From assembly GCA_038087875.1 (NCBI GenBank), contig CM075985.1, forward strand, positions 8,742,001 to 8,806,000: 64,000 nt of DNA, written 5' to 3'. The position numbers were made by a program, and so were the translations under genes. Below, in pieces: positions 11,701 to 24,590 of this stretch. How positions within the stretch are numbered: the stretch's first letter is position 1; every line of letters starts with the position of its first letter. The DNA comes from Malacoraja senta (Eukaryota). The notes under the pieces are model-generated. The model was given only the letters and a program-made list of their open reading frames with translations, had not been told where the DNA came from and made no database searches.

Positions 11701-12789
11701 AATTTTTAACAACTGCTGCAACAGGAGGGAAGAAAACACGATTTTCAGCTTTTAATACAGATTGAGTTGCGATTCCTTCCAAGGCTGAATTTTCTCAGTG
11801 TCAACGAATTATGTTTGCGACTTGCTGCATGGGCAAGATTGCATGTCAGTGTACATCTGCGTTTTTCTGGGCAGTGTGGGAGGGATTTAAAAAGTTTGTA
11901 GTACACACTTCACTGTTGGAAAGTGACACTATCACATTGGTTTTGTCCTTTCACAATGTCAGGGAGTGAATTTTTCCAGTGTTAATAGTGCTTGGAGCCA
12001 TAAAGGCTGATTGTTAGATGTGCCTGTATTAAAAAGGCATGTGTTTTCCCAAGAGTGCTTTTTGGGAGTCAGTCTTGCAAGATGTACCAGAGCTTCAAAC
12101 ATCAAATAATATCAGTGCAACGAATTTCACATGGTTGTTTATGCTGATTTTCATCTTTTTTGCCATTTTATTATTGCACTGCGCCAATCATAGAAAGAAG
12201 CAAAACAATAATTTCCATTCAAATACTGAGTGAAATAAGCAGGGGAAAAAAACAAGAGCAATAGGTTAATTGATCTCTGCCTTTAGAAGAATGATGACTA
12301 TACACCAAAATAACTAAGTGCCTGTGAAATGCTTTGAGAAATCCTAAGGATGTGAAAGGCATTAGATTGCTACCAATTGAGATTGCTATTCCTTCCATTT
12401 AAATAGAATGATTCTCGTTAACTTGTCACTACATTTGTTGTGGTCCTTGTCTCCTCCAGATAACAGTAGGCATCATCATAGGTTTGCATTTTAACATATA
12501 CATCTGTTTTCTAATACCTCATCTTCAAAGTCTCCTCCAAATTTTATTTTTTCCCCTGTGCTTACTACCAGAGAAAGCATCTGATAAATATTTGTGTGAA
12601 AATATTATGCAGTTGCATTATTGGTGAAGTTGATGAAATCTCTAGCATATACTATGGCTTGTTTGGGATCTGGGCTTTTCTGGCAAGATGTCTTTTTTGT
12701 ACTCTTCACAAATTATTCTTGAGGAGGTGATGGTAAGCCATTTTCTTGCACCATTGCTGTGAAGGTACTCCCACCATGCTAATGGGTTC

Positions 12790-13830
12790 TGGATCTCCTA
12801 ACATATATCCTTTCTGGTCCCTCAATGGTCTTGCTTGCTTCTGTAAGATCACCATCTCTCAATCTTCTAAACTGCAAGACGTACATGACCAACAGGATGA
12901 ATCTTTTTGTGTAGAACAGCCCCTTCATATCCAAGATCATCCTATTCACCTTCTCCGAACTGCCTTGAAGGAAATTTATCTTTTTCCTTAATTGGAGGTC
13001 AAAATCATTTATATTATTCTAGGTAGGTGTCTCGCCAAAGTGTTGCACTGTAATAATAAGACATTCCCTCGTTTATATTCCAAGCCCTTAAAATGTCCAC
13101 TATTCCTTTCACCTTTCTATATACTGCTGCACTTTTGTGCTGGCCTTTTGCGTTTCATGCACAAGGACTATCAAATCAGTTTGTGATGCGTTTTTTTGTG
13201 TTTTGGTTTCTCCATTTAAACAATACTCTTATTCTATATTCCAGAGTGAGCAGTATTACATTTTACCACATGATAACCACATTTGCCAACTTCTTGCCCA
13301 CTCACTTAAATATTTTATAGAAAGCTATTGATAGGTCATATCTTCCTCCCTACCTACATTTGTGCCACCTGTAAATTTGGTGCACATTAACTTTCTTCCT
13401 CCTATTCAATAATATATTGTAAAAGTGGTGGTTCCAATACTGATCTCAGTGGTACCCCGTTGGCTACAGATTGCCAACTGGAAAAAAACACATTTTATCT
13501 CTGCTTGCTGCTTCTTGCCTGTTTGTCAAATCTATTATCCATACAAATATATTACTTCCAACACCACGGACTCTTGTGACTTAACCTTTTATGCAACACT
13601 TTGTTGACTGTCTTCTGTAAGTCCAAATACAATGCATCTACTGGTCAACTGTGATCGAGGCTTTCTGAAAAACAAAGAACTGTCAGGCACGATTTCCTCT
13701 CCAAGAAGTTGTGCTGACTACTTTGATAGAGTATAATTAATTTCCAGATGTGCTGCAATTACTTCATTATTAATTGATTTAAATATTTATTCTACAATTG
13801 ATATATGACTAATTGGCTTAACGTCTCTCA
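12790..13830 (-). mobile_element. Decayed CR1 ORF2 fragment
   Basis: Reverse strand shows degenerate GVPQGSVLGP-like (ggtacc..tgagatcagtattggaacc) and C-terminal ORF2 motifs. Confidence 0.55.
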
Positions 13831-13879
13831 CATTCGAAAGATGTGGTAGGGAACATGCAAACAGTGGTGTTCCATATTT

Positions 13880-14352
13880 AAAAAACCTTTGGACATGAAT
13901 AGGAAGGGTTGAGAGGGATATGGGCCAAACACAGGCAAATGGGACTAGCTTTAGATGAGCCATCTTGGTTGGTAGGCCAAAGGGTCTGTTTCCATGCTGT
14001 TTGAGTTTATATGCCTGTAAACCTTCATTTCTTGCTGGTAGAAATCATTGTTTTGGGAGGTGCTGTTTTAGTGTATCCCAAAATGCTGTGGGAGAAAAGA
14101 AGCTGCAAGAGCACATGCTGGAGATATTCACCCAGAGAGTTGTGAATCTGTGGGATTCTCTGCCACAGAAAGCAGTGGAGGCCAATTCACTGGATGTTTT
14201 CAAGAGAGAGTTATTTAGCTCTTAGGGCTAACGGAATCAAGGGATATGGAGAAAAGCAGGAACGGGGTACTGATTTTGGATGATCAGGCATGATCATATT
14301 GAATGGCGGTGCTGGCTCGAAGGGCCGAATGGCCTACTCCTGCACCTATTTT
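13880..14352 (+). mobile_element. Two CR1 3'-end fragments (~13880-14010 and ~14125-14352)
   Basis: FTQRVVNLWDSLPQKAVEA peptide and tail ggctcgaagggccgaatggcctactcctgcacctatttt. Confidence 0.8.
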
Positions 14353-14399
14353 AAAGAAAATCATGAGTCGAAAGTGATATATACCAGGAAGAGAATAAT

Positions 14400-14745
14400 G
14401 GAATTTTTACTTGGTGCAGTTTTACAGATTTATATAATAATCAATAATGCAATTAATTAATTGTCAATAATGAGGTAACGATACATAATCGTGCACATAA
14501 TCGTGCAAGACGGAAGTATATACTGCATCCAAAATAAAACCCATGAGCGATAGTTCCTGTGGTATGGTGTAAGGTTACAATGTGGTTCAAGGTCCTTATG
14601 ATTGCTGGCAAAATTCTTGATTCTCGGGCTCCTGTAGCTGATGTCACTTTCTACCACCTGGGCATTAAGGTTAACAAACCAGCCCATGATGCAACCAGTC
14701 AGTATGCTCCTTACCATACACCTGTAAAAAGTTGCTATCTTTAAC
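14400..14745 (-). mobile_element. Rex1/Babar LINE 3' fragment
   Basis: Peptide TFYRCMVRSILTGCIMGWFVNLNAQ is typical of the Rex1 ORF C-terminus. Confidence 0.7.
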
Positions 14746-14749
14746 ACAA

Positions 14750-16010
14750 GTAAGGTACCAGAAGACTGGAGGGTGGCTAATGTTGTGCCTTAATTTGAGA
14801 AGTGCTGCAGGGACATGATTGGGAACTACAGGCCAGCAGGGAATATCACTGGAGAGGATTCTGAAGGACAGGATTTATCAGCATTTGGAAAGTCAAGACT
14901 GATAACAGAGAATCAGTATGATTTGTGCAAGAGAAACAGTGTTTCAAAAGTTTGGTTGCAATTTTTGAAGAGCTGACTAAGAGAATTGACAAGTGCAGGG
15001 TGGCAGATGTTGTCTACATGGACTTCAACAATGTTTTTGACAAGGTCCCACATGTTAGGCTAGTTAGGAAGGTTAGATCAATGGGAACCAAATTGAACAC
15101 TAAATTGGCATGGTGGAAGGAGACAGCAGGCAGTAGTTGAAGGTTATAATTCAGATTGGAGGTAAATGACGAGTGGTGTGCCACAGGGATCAATGTTTGG
15201 TTCACTATTTATAGTCTGTGTTAACAATTGTTATGATATTGTTAACGTGGTTGGTAAACTTGTGGCTGACACAAAAATTGGTAATGTAGTGAAGAGGGTT
15301 GTCTGAGATTACAAGAGCATCTAGATAAACTGGAAAAATGGACTAAGGAATGGCAAATAGAATTCAACTTGGATAAGTACGTGTTACATTTTAGTGAATT
15401 TAACCAGTACTTGTACAATATATGATAGGGCCCTGTAGCGTATTGTAGGGCAGAGAGACTTCGGACTACAAGAACATAGTCCCCTGAAAGTGATGGCACA
15501 GATAGACGGTGGTGAACAAGGCCCACCTGAGATGCACATCATCAGTCAAAGCATTGCCTATAGGAATTGGGGCATAATGTTGCAACAGTACGAGTCATTG
15601 GTTAGACCTGTCGGAGTATTGTGCACAGTTTGGTTGTCCAGCTGTTGGAAGGATGTCATTAGGCTGAAAAGGATGATGAAGATTCAAAGGGGTGGTAACT
15701 AGTATTGGAGGACTTAATTATAAGGAGAGGCTGGATAGGCTGAGATTTTCTCCCCCGGAGTGCAGGAGGTTGATTGGTGACCTGATTATACACTATATAA
15801 ATCACGAGGTATGTAGATAAGGTGGATGGACACTGTTTTTTAAAGATAGATGAGTCTAAAACTAATGGGTTTGGATTTAAGGTGAAAGGTATATGGATAG
15901 GAAAGGTTTATGGGCCAAATGCAGGAACATGGGACAAGCTTAGATAGACATCTTGGTCAGCATGGACGAGTTAGGCTGGACGGCCTGTTTATGTACTGTA
16001 TAACTCCATA
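14750..16010 (+). mobile_element. Decayed CR1 ORF2 3' half and tail
   Basis: PEDWRVANV and VVYMDFNNVFDKVPH motifs, plus tail ggcctgtttatgtactgtataact. Confidence 0.8.
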
Positions 16011-18086
16011 GTCTAGACTAAACAACTGCAGTGCCTTTTGGTTTTGCTCTTATGCCTCCCTGACATACTTTTTTCTCCTTTCTTCTGCCAGAGGAATAGG
16101 AGTAAGCTTTTAAACTTCGAAAGATAGTTCATGACTAGTCTGTAACTAACTCCGGCCTTTGGTTGTCAAAATACTCAGTTTCAAAATTAAGCTGACCTCG
16201 CGTTTATTGCCATTTGCAGAAGAGCTCTCCGACTTTCTGATTTCTGCTCAGCCTTGTATAAAGTAATTACAATCAGTATTTGAGCTGGAATTGTTAGTTG
16301 CCTTGCAAAATGGAGGGCAATAAAAGTCCTCCACTTTCTGACCAAATCTTCCATATACTTGCCTCTTGCAATGAATATCATTCTGTCACAGTGGTACAGT
16401 TGGATTTGCCAAATTTATCTCGTTGTGAATGAGAAGAGAGCTTCTGAATTGCATTTGTTCCTGTGACATTTTATTCCATTAACCGGATGCTTATTGCTGT
16501 ACAATAGTTATTTCGGATTGTCCAGAAAGGGGAGATTTGTTTGTAGCTGAGTAGGTGGTTTTGCACTGATGAAAGTAAATGCAAACTGTTTCATCATCAC
16601 ATACCTCATCTGGAATGTTAAATAACTGTGAGGTGGTTGAGAGGCATAAACAGCTCCTTTGACATCGCTGATTATTACAGAAATGATTGAAAGATGAAGG
16701 ACACCGTAAAACCTTTTGTAGTAGGAGGGTGGTTCCAGGGCTTTACCACTTCAGTGAGTTTTAACCCTCCAAGAACTGCTTCAGCCTCTGCTTCCATTCA
16801 GAAGCGTGCTGACATTGTAATTTTCATTCAGGGAAGTCTGCTACTTAAATTGCACAATTTGTGTTTGTTCGATTAATGGGATATCTGGAAGAGAATTGCA
16901 GTGAAATCTAATCAGGGATTTGGATTTATGAAGCGCTCTTGCGTTACAATCAAGTTATCTGACGATATTTGAAATCCACAATTAAATTTCATCCTCTACC
17001 TCACTGCATGATTTGTTTACCTCCTAATGTTCAGCAATACGACGTTACCTCAATCAAACTGGACAAGGGTTTCTAATCAACACAGCTCTTGGTGAGCTTG
17101 TTTTGAGCACAGATTTTAATGGCACTTATTTCAGAGGAACCAGATTTCTGCTGTGAGCTAGTTGTTCTTAATAGCAAATGAAGCAGCAGTGGTATAATTG
17201 GAAACAGGCAGGTTTGAGAGGACCATTAGAGATGCCAGCATCAAGATGTGATGGCCAGAGATGGGCTTTCTTCAAGGCACGATTGCTATCAGTATGTAGC
17301 CTCACTACTATGCAAATTTCCCATCTGAGAAGCTATGCTTGATCAGGCCTGATTAACACTTAAATCAGAGTTGATGTAGTTTTAGTCTGGGACAGGAATA
17401 ATGGTGTGATATTATCTATCCCTGGGTGGCCGAATGACGAGCATTTGAGGTTATGTGTGTATATTTAACATAAGATTCAGGCTTGCGAATGGCCACACTT
17501 AGTAGTCGCAGTTTAAAAATTCAGATGAAGGCTTAAAATACAGACTTGGATAGTACTTCTGAGCTAGTCTGATGAGAGAATCCCAAACAGTGTAAAAAAA
17601 AAGTGTGCTCTTAGTCATGAATGGTTAAAGCAGCTGTTCTTCATTTAATTGCGAAAAAAATACCTTGAAATGGAAACCGAATCAAAAATCTAATTGGAAA
17701 TGAAGTAATTTAACATAATTGATGGAAGGATTAGAGATGAAGAAAGGCAGTAGCAGTTGTTGGACCCTAAAGGCATTTAAAAGTGCCAGGATGTATACGT
17801 GAGCCGTAACCTGCAGAGATATGTATCTTGTACCTCACCTCCTCACTTTCCCTGAACACACTTACTGCCATATCCTGGCACTGCACCCGCCTTCCTTTCT
17901 ACTGGCTGCACCCACCTTTTTCTCCCTGGTACCCATCACCTTCCGTTTTTCTCCTGGTTGGCTTTGGCCTTTTCTCCTCTGTTCTCCTGGTTGGCTCTCC
18001 TTCCTCCCTTTCGTCTGGTCGCCATCACCTCCCCCTTTTCTACTACACCACTATTTTTCTCCTGGTCCATTTATTTTCCTTTCTCA

Positions 18087-18107
18087 CCCCCCCCCCCCCC
18101 CCCCCCC
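18087..18107 (+). repeat. Poly-C run within a pyrimidine-rich tract (~17850-18145), possibly an old PLE 3' region
   Basis: About 21 consecutive C. A degenerate ctgatga...gagacatt pLTR-like sequence follows at ~18510-18575. Confidence 0.6.
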
Positions 18108-18149
18108 AATCCACTTTTATATTATGGCTGCTCACTGCCCCCTTCTTAA

Positions 18150-18385
18150 GGGCCTGTCCCACTTTACGAAGTAATTCACGAATTCTCCCGAGTTATTCAC
18201 AAATTCTCCCAAGTTTTCCCCTAGGAGTTTGAATCAACTCGCAGGAGGTCGTAGGAGTCCGTAGATATATCGTAAACCAGCCGCAGGTACTCGGGGGCAT
18301 TCTCCCGACTTTTTTTACTTATGGACATTTTTTATCAGGCTGGAAAATACGTCCCGGCTTACCTGATGCCCCGAGTACCTACGGA
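18150..18385. mobile_element. One-ended MITE of the GGGCCTGTCCCACT family
   Basis: ttaa|gggcctgtcccacttt start and CpG-rich interior. No second TIR found. Confidence 0.65.
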
Positions 18386-21300
18386 TTGGTTCCCATCCCG
18401 CATTAAAGAATAAGACAAAATATTAAATAAACTTGGTAGGTCAGACAATTTAGGTGGAGATAAAAAATATGGCATGTCTAAATTGGACATTATTAGAAAA
18501 ATGTTAGCTCTGATGAAAAGTTACCAGACTGAGACATTATCTTTATTTTTCACTTCAAAGATGCAGACTGACAAGCCATAGTTATTAACAGTATCACTTT
18601 TATGTCTGCTTCTGGCATTGAACCACTTTAGAAAGTGTAGAAAAGAATATTCAAGAATATTGAAAACATTAGGAATATTCAGCTTAGACAATTGGGCTTT
18701 TCTGTGGAGAGATGATAACATCCTTTGGATGGGTCAACATGTGGGAGTCTAGATTGAGGAGACAGCAAACAGTGTAGTAAGCAATATACTGCAGATGTTG
18801 TCAGAAACAGTTGACGGTATAAAGGGAGATCTCCAGAAACCAGGGAGAAATCAAAATAAGTCTGATTGGTGAGCCGAGGGTAAATGTTTTATAATTAGTT
18901 TGAGGACTCGAGTGTTAGAAGCCATAACGGTGTAAACAAAAAGAGAAAATAACACTACAAAATACCAGAGTGAAGGAAAAATCTAACAGCTGGAAGTTAT
19001 GTAAATGACAACAAATAGCAAATAAGGAAAGCATGGAAAACGTGAAAAAGTACAGGAGACTCCAATGCCCCAAGAATGGCATGGAAGACAATGGTGGCTG
19101 AACACCAGGAATGCAGAACACATGACTAGCCGATCAGCTTACTCCTGTTGCATCGTCAGAAATGCTCGTGTGTTTCGCCGACACTAGCAGCAGCTGCTGA
19201 CCTAGCAAATCTGAGTAAGATCTCAACTACATAAATTCAGCATTGAGGCCAGAAGAGTGAAAGATTTCTGGTACAATGAAGAAATGTTTGTTTTGTAGGC
19301 TTCTGGTACCAGTGAAATACTAAAACAAGTGATGGTGAAGTTAGATATGAGGTGGGTTGGGGATACAGAACTCAAAAGCAATTTGAATCCTAGAGTACAC
19401 TTCTTAAATAATCTTTTTCCCTGGCTTCTGTCAATGAGATGTTTACTTATAACTATATTTCCAATCCCAAAGTGCAAAAGTAGTTGTAGTCTTTTCCTCT
19501 CAAACAGGGTTCATACAAACCAATATATACATATATAGTTCCCCAGTATAAAAAAACACAGTTCATCAACCCAATAGCACAGGCCTATAATCCTATGCCT
19601 AGTGCACAAAATAGAATTGGTAAGTAGTACATCCGTTTTGGACTTCCCTTGTTCATTGTTTTCACCCCTTTGAAATGTGCAGACCCCTCCTGGTTATTGC
19701 CAGCTCTCCATTCTATTTGCCCAGACATTTAAATATCTTGAGCCACTGAACTACGAGGCACACACTTCCAATCCAGAAGACATTGGCAAGTAGTATGGGG
19801 AATGGTTACCATGGCTTTTCTCAGCAGAAGAGCTGATTCAAATTATGGGCAAGGCATTCCCTAATGTGAGTCTGAGCAACTTATTCTAGGAATCAAACTG
19901 GTTCCTTTTGATAATCACTCCTTTTAGATTTGTACTTGCACAAGATCTTCCTCCTGTCTACTGATCCCTTCACCCAGTTATTGCCCAGTAATCACTTCAG
20001 TGTATTGAACTTCCCTTATGAATTTTTGAATAACTGGGTTCTGAAGTACTTGGATGGTTTTAGAAGGCCGCTTTACTGCATGGACTAACTGCTGTGCAGC
20101 TCATTGTTTTTGCCAATTGTCTGCTCAGTCCTAATTTGAAAATACTATTCAGGAATCTCTGCTTTGCACCATAACATTGCACAGTGGCATTTTAAAATAA
20201 AAGTCAATGATTTTGCTGCTTTTGACCATGCATTTTCTTTTATAAATAAGAATTTATCCACAATCTTATGAATACTGAATACAGTTCTTCAGTGCCTCTG
20301 GTTTATTATGAGCCTTGCTTATTAAATTTAAGGAAAAAAATCACTGTTTAATTATTCATTGGTTGCAATATTTTGCTAAATAAATTACTTGTTAAAAAAA
20401 ACTACTCATAGAATGTGTGTATGGTCACATTTCTGTACGTATATGACGCCTTAAATTTATCCTTGGCCCTTTTCATTTTCCAATACTCAGCCATTGTCAA
20501 CCCACCTTGCGGTTTACAGTAGCTGTCGATTTATCCTGCGTCTGGTTCACATTTCTTGATCATTATGGGTCTCATGCCACACTGCCGGTTGTCACACGAG
20601 AGTCAGCGTTGTGTTATATATTATTTAAATATGAACATCAGGCACTGTCTCATTGATCTGAAAGAAAGACACATAGTTAAAAGTAATTGTCAGACAGCGT
20701 ATCCGTTGCAAGAGAAATGACATTAGCAGTCTGAAATATATACCACTCTTGCCCATTGTTCTGCAGAATACCACTGGCAAGGTGCTCCTCATGGATGAGC
20801 AAGTTTATGTCTGGCAAGACTGTGCATTGGAGTGTGCAAGTAATGAATGCGTGGAAGGTCACATATCTGCACATCTGACCATTCATTCCACCTCTGGACA
20901 CCCCACTGGTTCCAGATTATCTTGAGCTAAGGAGCCCAACATGCTTTGTGTTTGGCCCCTGAGCTTTATGTCAACAGTATTTCCCATATTTAACATGGCC
21001 CCATTCATTTGAATGGAGTCACTAATCTGTATTGAATAGGTAATGAGTTTCCTCTTTCTTTAATAATGTTTTAATTGATGTACATCAGATAACGTGTTTT
21101 AAAAATTGTTTTAATTTTCAAAAAACAATTACTCTTTCTAAATTGAATCTATTTCAATGGCGACATGTTGAAACAATTGGAAAGGCTTTGGACAGCTCAT
21201 GGTGTCAGAAGGCCATCAAGGTAGTCATGTTTTCCCACCTGCGGCCTCTTTGCCGGGCTGTTCCACTCTGTAGACGACACTGGAGTAGGTCGTACCTGGA

Positions 21301-22184
21301 CAGCTATCTTGGATCTTGCAAGTGTCTTTTGGATCCAAACCACATTGGAAAGCATGTGTGAATATCATAATCTGCAGTTATTGAGAACTGCACTGTAAAA
21401 CTAAAATATTGGAGTGAGATGTCATAACGCACTTGGTTGCTCAACATTTGATTGTCCTCATCATATAATCTTTCCAATCTCCATTATAGCATATAATCAA
21501 GGAGCGGTTTGTAGGCCAGTAGCACCATATGCATCTTCTTGGTGCATTCGATGATTCTGGTTAACAATTCAGAGAAATTTGATTGCATTTTGAATTATCA
21601 GATTGTATTTTGTATCTGTATCCTTGTGTTTTTTTCCAAATATTTATTGCATTTGAATGGAAATATTCCTTTTTCTATCAACTTTAAAGCTCGCTGCTTT
21701 TACTGATAGGCGGTTAGATCATCTAGACTTATTTTCTTTGCAGGTTTGCACGTAATATATTATCGATACCACCTAATTTGATGGCTTTCCTCCTCGAAAT
21801 AACTCCTTTTATCCCATAAATTCAAACTTGGTATCTTAGAGTTCTTTTCCAGAAGTGCTCGATGTAAGATATAAAATCAAACATTAAATATTGGCCTAAA
21901 TCATATGATGTGCTGATGATGGAACTACCTGTTTTCACCATTATTATTCAGTGAATCTGACAGCCAGGTATAGGTCAACATCCATAATGGTTTAACTGCT
22001 GTTGTTGATTCCTATGTACTCTACTGATATCACTGTTTGTACTTTTCCAGTGCTGTCCAAAAAAGTGTTGTTATGCTTGGTTGAATGAGGTCTGTGTTAT
22101 TAACAGGCTTAGTAAACTCCTTTGTGTCGGTATCAGTATTGGTTTATTATTGTCACATGTACTGAGATACATGAAAGACTTTGA

Positions 22185-22805
22185 TTTCAATAGTTCAATC
22201 GTCCTTTATTGTCGCGTGGCATTTGATTTCCCATACAGTCACACCAAAAAAAGCAACAAGACACAAAATTACATAAAAATTATTCATAAACAGCCACCAC
22301 AGCAACATGTGAGAATCCCTAGGCACACAGCAAAAGCAGAGCCCCACAGCCATCAGTCCAATGTCCGGGCCACACACACGCTCCATCGTAATGTGACCAG
22401 AGTTGCACCGACTGCTTGTCGCTCTCTCTGCAGTCCCTGTCTGCCCGAACAGTCAGAAAGCCGTCTGCACTCGCACCAGACTCCTGGATGCTCCCGTGGC
22501 ATGACGCCCCCGCAAACACCGAGACCACTGCACTCACGGCAATCCCTCCGAGTCCCCACCAGCGCAGGCAGCATCCATCTTGCTTTTGGTGACCTCGCAC
22601 TCCTCACAGTGAAGGAAGGCGAATAACTTTTACCTTCTTCCTCCTTTTCTCCCGCGGTCGGGGCGATCGAAACATCCACAGTCGGGGCGCTCGAAACTCC
22701 CGCAGTCGGCGATCGAAGCTCCCGCGCCACGGGGCTATCGAGGCTCTCGCAATCGGGGCAGTCGAAGCTCCTGCGGTTGGAGCTCCCAGTTGGTTCCTGA
22801 CAATG
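22185..22805 (-). mobile_element. GC-rich non-autonomous SINE-like element with ~20-22 bp tandem repeats
   Basis: Rex-like tail (ctttattgtc) and repeats of cccgcggtcggggcgatcgaa at ~22650-22790. Confidence 0.55.
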
Positions 22806-22840
22806 AATGCTATCCATATAACGTGCATGCTATCCACGGA

Positions 22841-22933
22841 GGTAGACAAAAATTCTGGAAAAACTCAGCTGGTGAGGCAGCATCTATGGAGCGAAGGAAA
22901 TAGGCAACGTTTCGGGTCGAGACGTTCTTCAGA
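22841..22933 (-). mobile_element. PLE pLTR mini-element, single arm
   Basis: ggtagacaaaaa...ttcttcaga with TSD ctatccacgga at 22830-22840 and 22934-22944. Confidence 0.85.
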
Positions 22934-23554
22934 CTATCCACGGAAATCATACCACACAAAAGTAGATCAGGAAGTGAAAAAGAGGAAATAAGCAGAATAC
23001 AGAATATTGTGTTACAGAGTAAGTGTAGATTTATAAAACTCCATGAGCCATATCCAGATAGATTGGAAGATCCAGAATTCATCCCAAACAGATGAGAGGT
23101 CCATTCAAGAATCTGATAACAGCGGGGAAGAAACTGTTCTTGAATCTTCTGGTGTTACGTCAAATACTGAAAATAATGGTGCAACATAAACAGGATTTAA
23201 AAAACATATAAATTTCCATCTGAATCTTGTGTGCATGTTCCAACCTTCATTTAGTACCCTGTAAAATAGTTAAAACATTTACTAAAAGTTCTATCCCTTC
23301 CTTTCAATTTGGCTGACTGCCAGAATTATTCTGTAATTGAGTGCTCAGCCAGCTTGATCACATGATAAATGGCAGGATTTAAGATTTCCCTTTGAACTGA
23401 TTTCTGGCAGCAGCATGCATAGAATACGGGAGTTCTTTCTCAACACACAGAGCTGGATCTTAGTTTAGAATTCCTTCAGGATCAGCAGTGAATGAATAAC
23501 TGACAGCCTGCAATGAACAAATTCCAGGCTGTCAGTTATGACAGGAGACCGAAG

Positions 23555-23675
23555 TAACCGTAGATGCTGGAATCTTGAGCAAAATACAGTACTGGAGTAA
23601 ATCAGTGTGTCAAGCATCATCTATGGAGGGAATGGATACGCAACCAATTCAGGTCAGGATCCTTCTTCACACTGG
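23555..23675 (-). mobile_element. Older PLE pLTR fragment
   Basis: gtagatgctggaatcttgagcaaa...catctatggaggg...ggatccttcttcacactg. Confidence 0.6.
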
Positions 23676-24324
23676 TTACGATAGGGTTCTGTTCCTGAAA
23701 ACTAATTGTAACCTGAGCAGTTCACAAGTCGGAACTCTGGCCACCCAGTAATATATTTGAATAAAACCAAAGGCCAACCAAGGTCAATGCTAACCCTTGA
23801 TGTTTAATTCAACCACTCAGATTTCTCGGCAAGGTGCAATAGTATTGCCATGAACGAAGATCCCACATGGCAGAAATGGCTACAGCCCTGCATTAACCGT
23901 CAAATCCATCCTGCTGGTCTTTCATTCAAACACACGTTTGAATGTGCAGGCTCTACATATGTCAGGTGTTTGTTACCTGGGGAGGACCTGTATTAAACCA
24001 CACCACCCTCCCCATCCCGACCCTTCTTCTCGAAATGGGTCACATGTGCTTCCTAATTCTGTCAAGAGTGCGATTGCTACACTTCACCATTGGATAAACA
24101 GTAAAGTATCTATATGTTTCAGGAATATGCATTAAAATCAATAAAAACATAATAAAAGTTGTGCACGTGTAAAAATTGGAAAACCTTTTTCTTTGTATGT
24201 GTTCATATGTTTCGGTTCCAGTATGCTTTTGGTTTTTAAGTGTGTACAAAGCATCCTTTCCCTTCTCTGCCAAATTGATCTTCAGCAGCCTGTTTCAGTT
24301 CTCCTCCATTGATGATCTCCTCTA

Positions 24325-24590
24325 GATTTGATTATTGTCATAGAAAGGGTGCAATGAAAATCCTTGTTCACATGAAGCTTATAGAGTGAACAGTATACAT
24401 GAAAACAATACAAACAATAAACAATACAACAATAAAACAATACAACAATAAAAACAACGATAAATGCAAAACAGCAGAATGGTGCAAAGGTCGTCAAACA
24501 ATCTGAAGTAGTGCAAAACATTCCTGAAGTGTAATAACGGAATAACTGAATGGGGTAGAGTTAAGACCAACAGTACGTGGCAGCACCTCC
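24325..24590 (-). mobile_element. Rex1-type 3' tail with (ACAATA/ACAATAA)n simple repeat
   Basis: attattgtcat...caatgaaaatcc tail followed by acaata repeats at ~24405-24460. Confidence 0.5.

Larger units (their letters stand above)
22125..23155 (-). mobile_element. Rex1/Babar-type 3' end with nested insertions
   Basis: Tail ggtttattattgtcacatgtac at ~22140 and ataacagcggggaagaaactgttcttgaatct at ~23115. Confidence 0.6.

Noticed and set aside
17821-18232. Proline-rich ORFs
   Set aside because: Produced by the pyrimidine tract and poly-C run.
20677-21400. Possible ancient TE coding remnants
   Set aside because: Slightly GC-richer, but no motif I could assign with confidence.
22081-22849. Overlapping 80-180 aa ORFs as a gene
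   Set aside because: Stop-poor GC-rich repeat sequence spanning TE junctions, with no protein motif.
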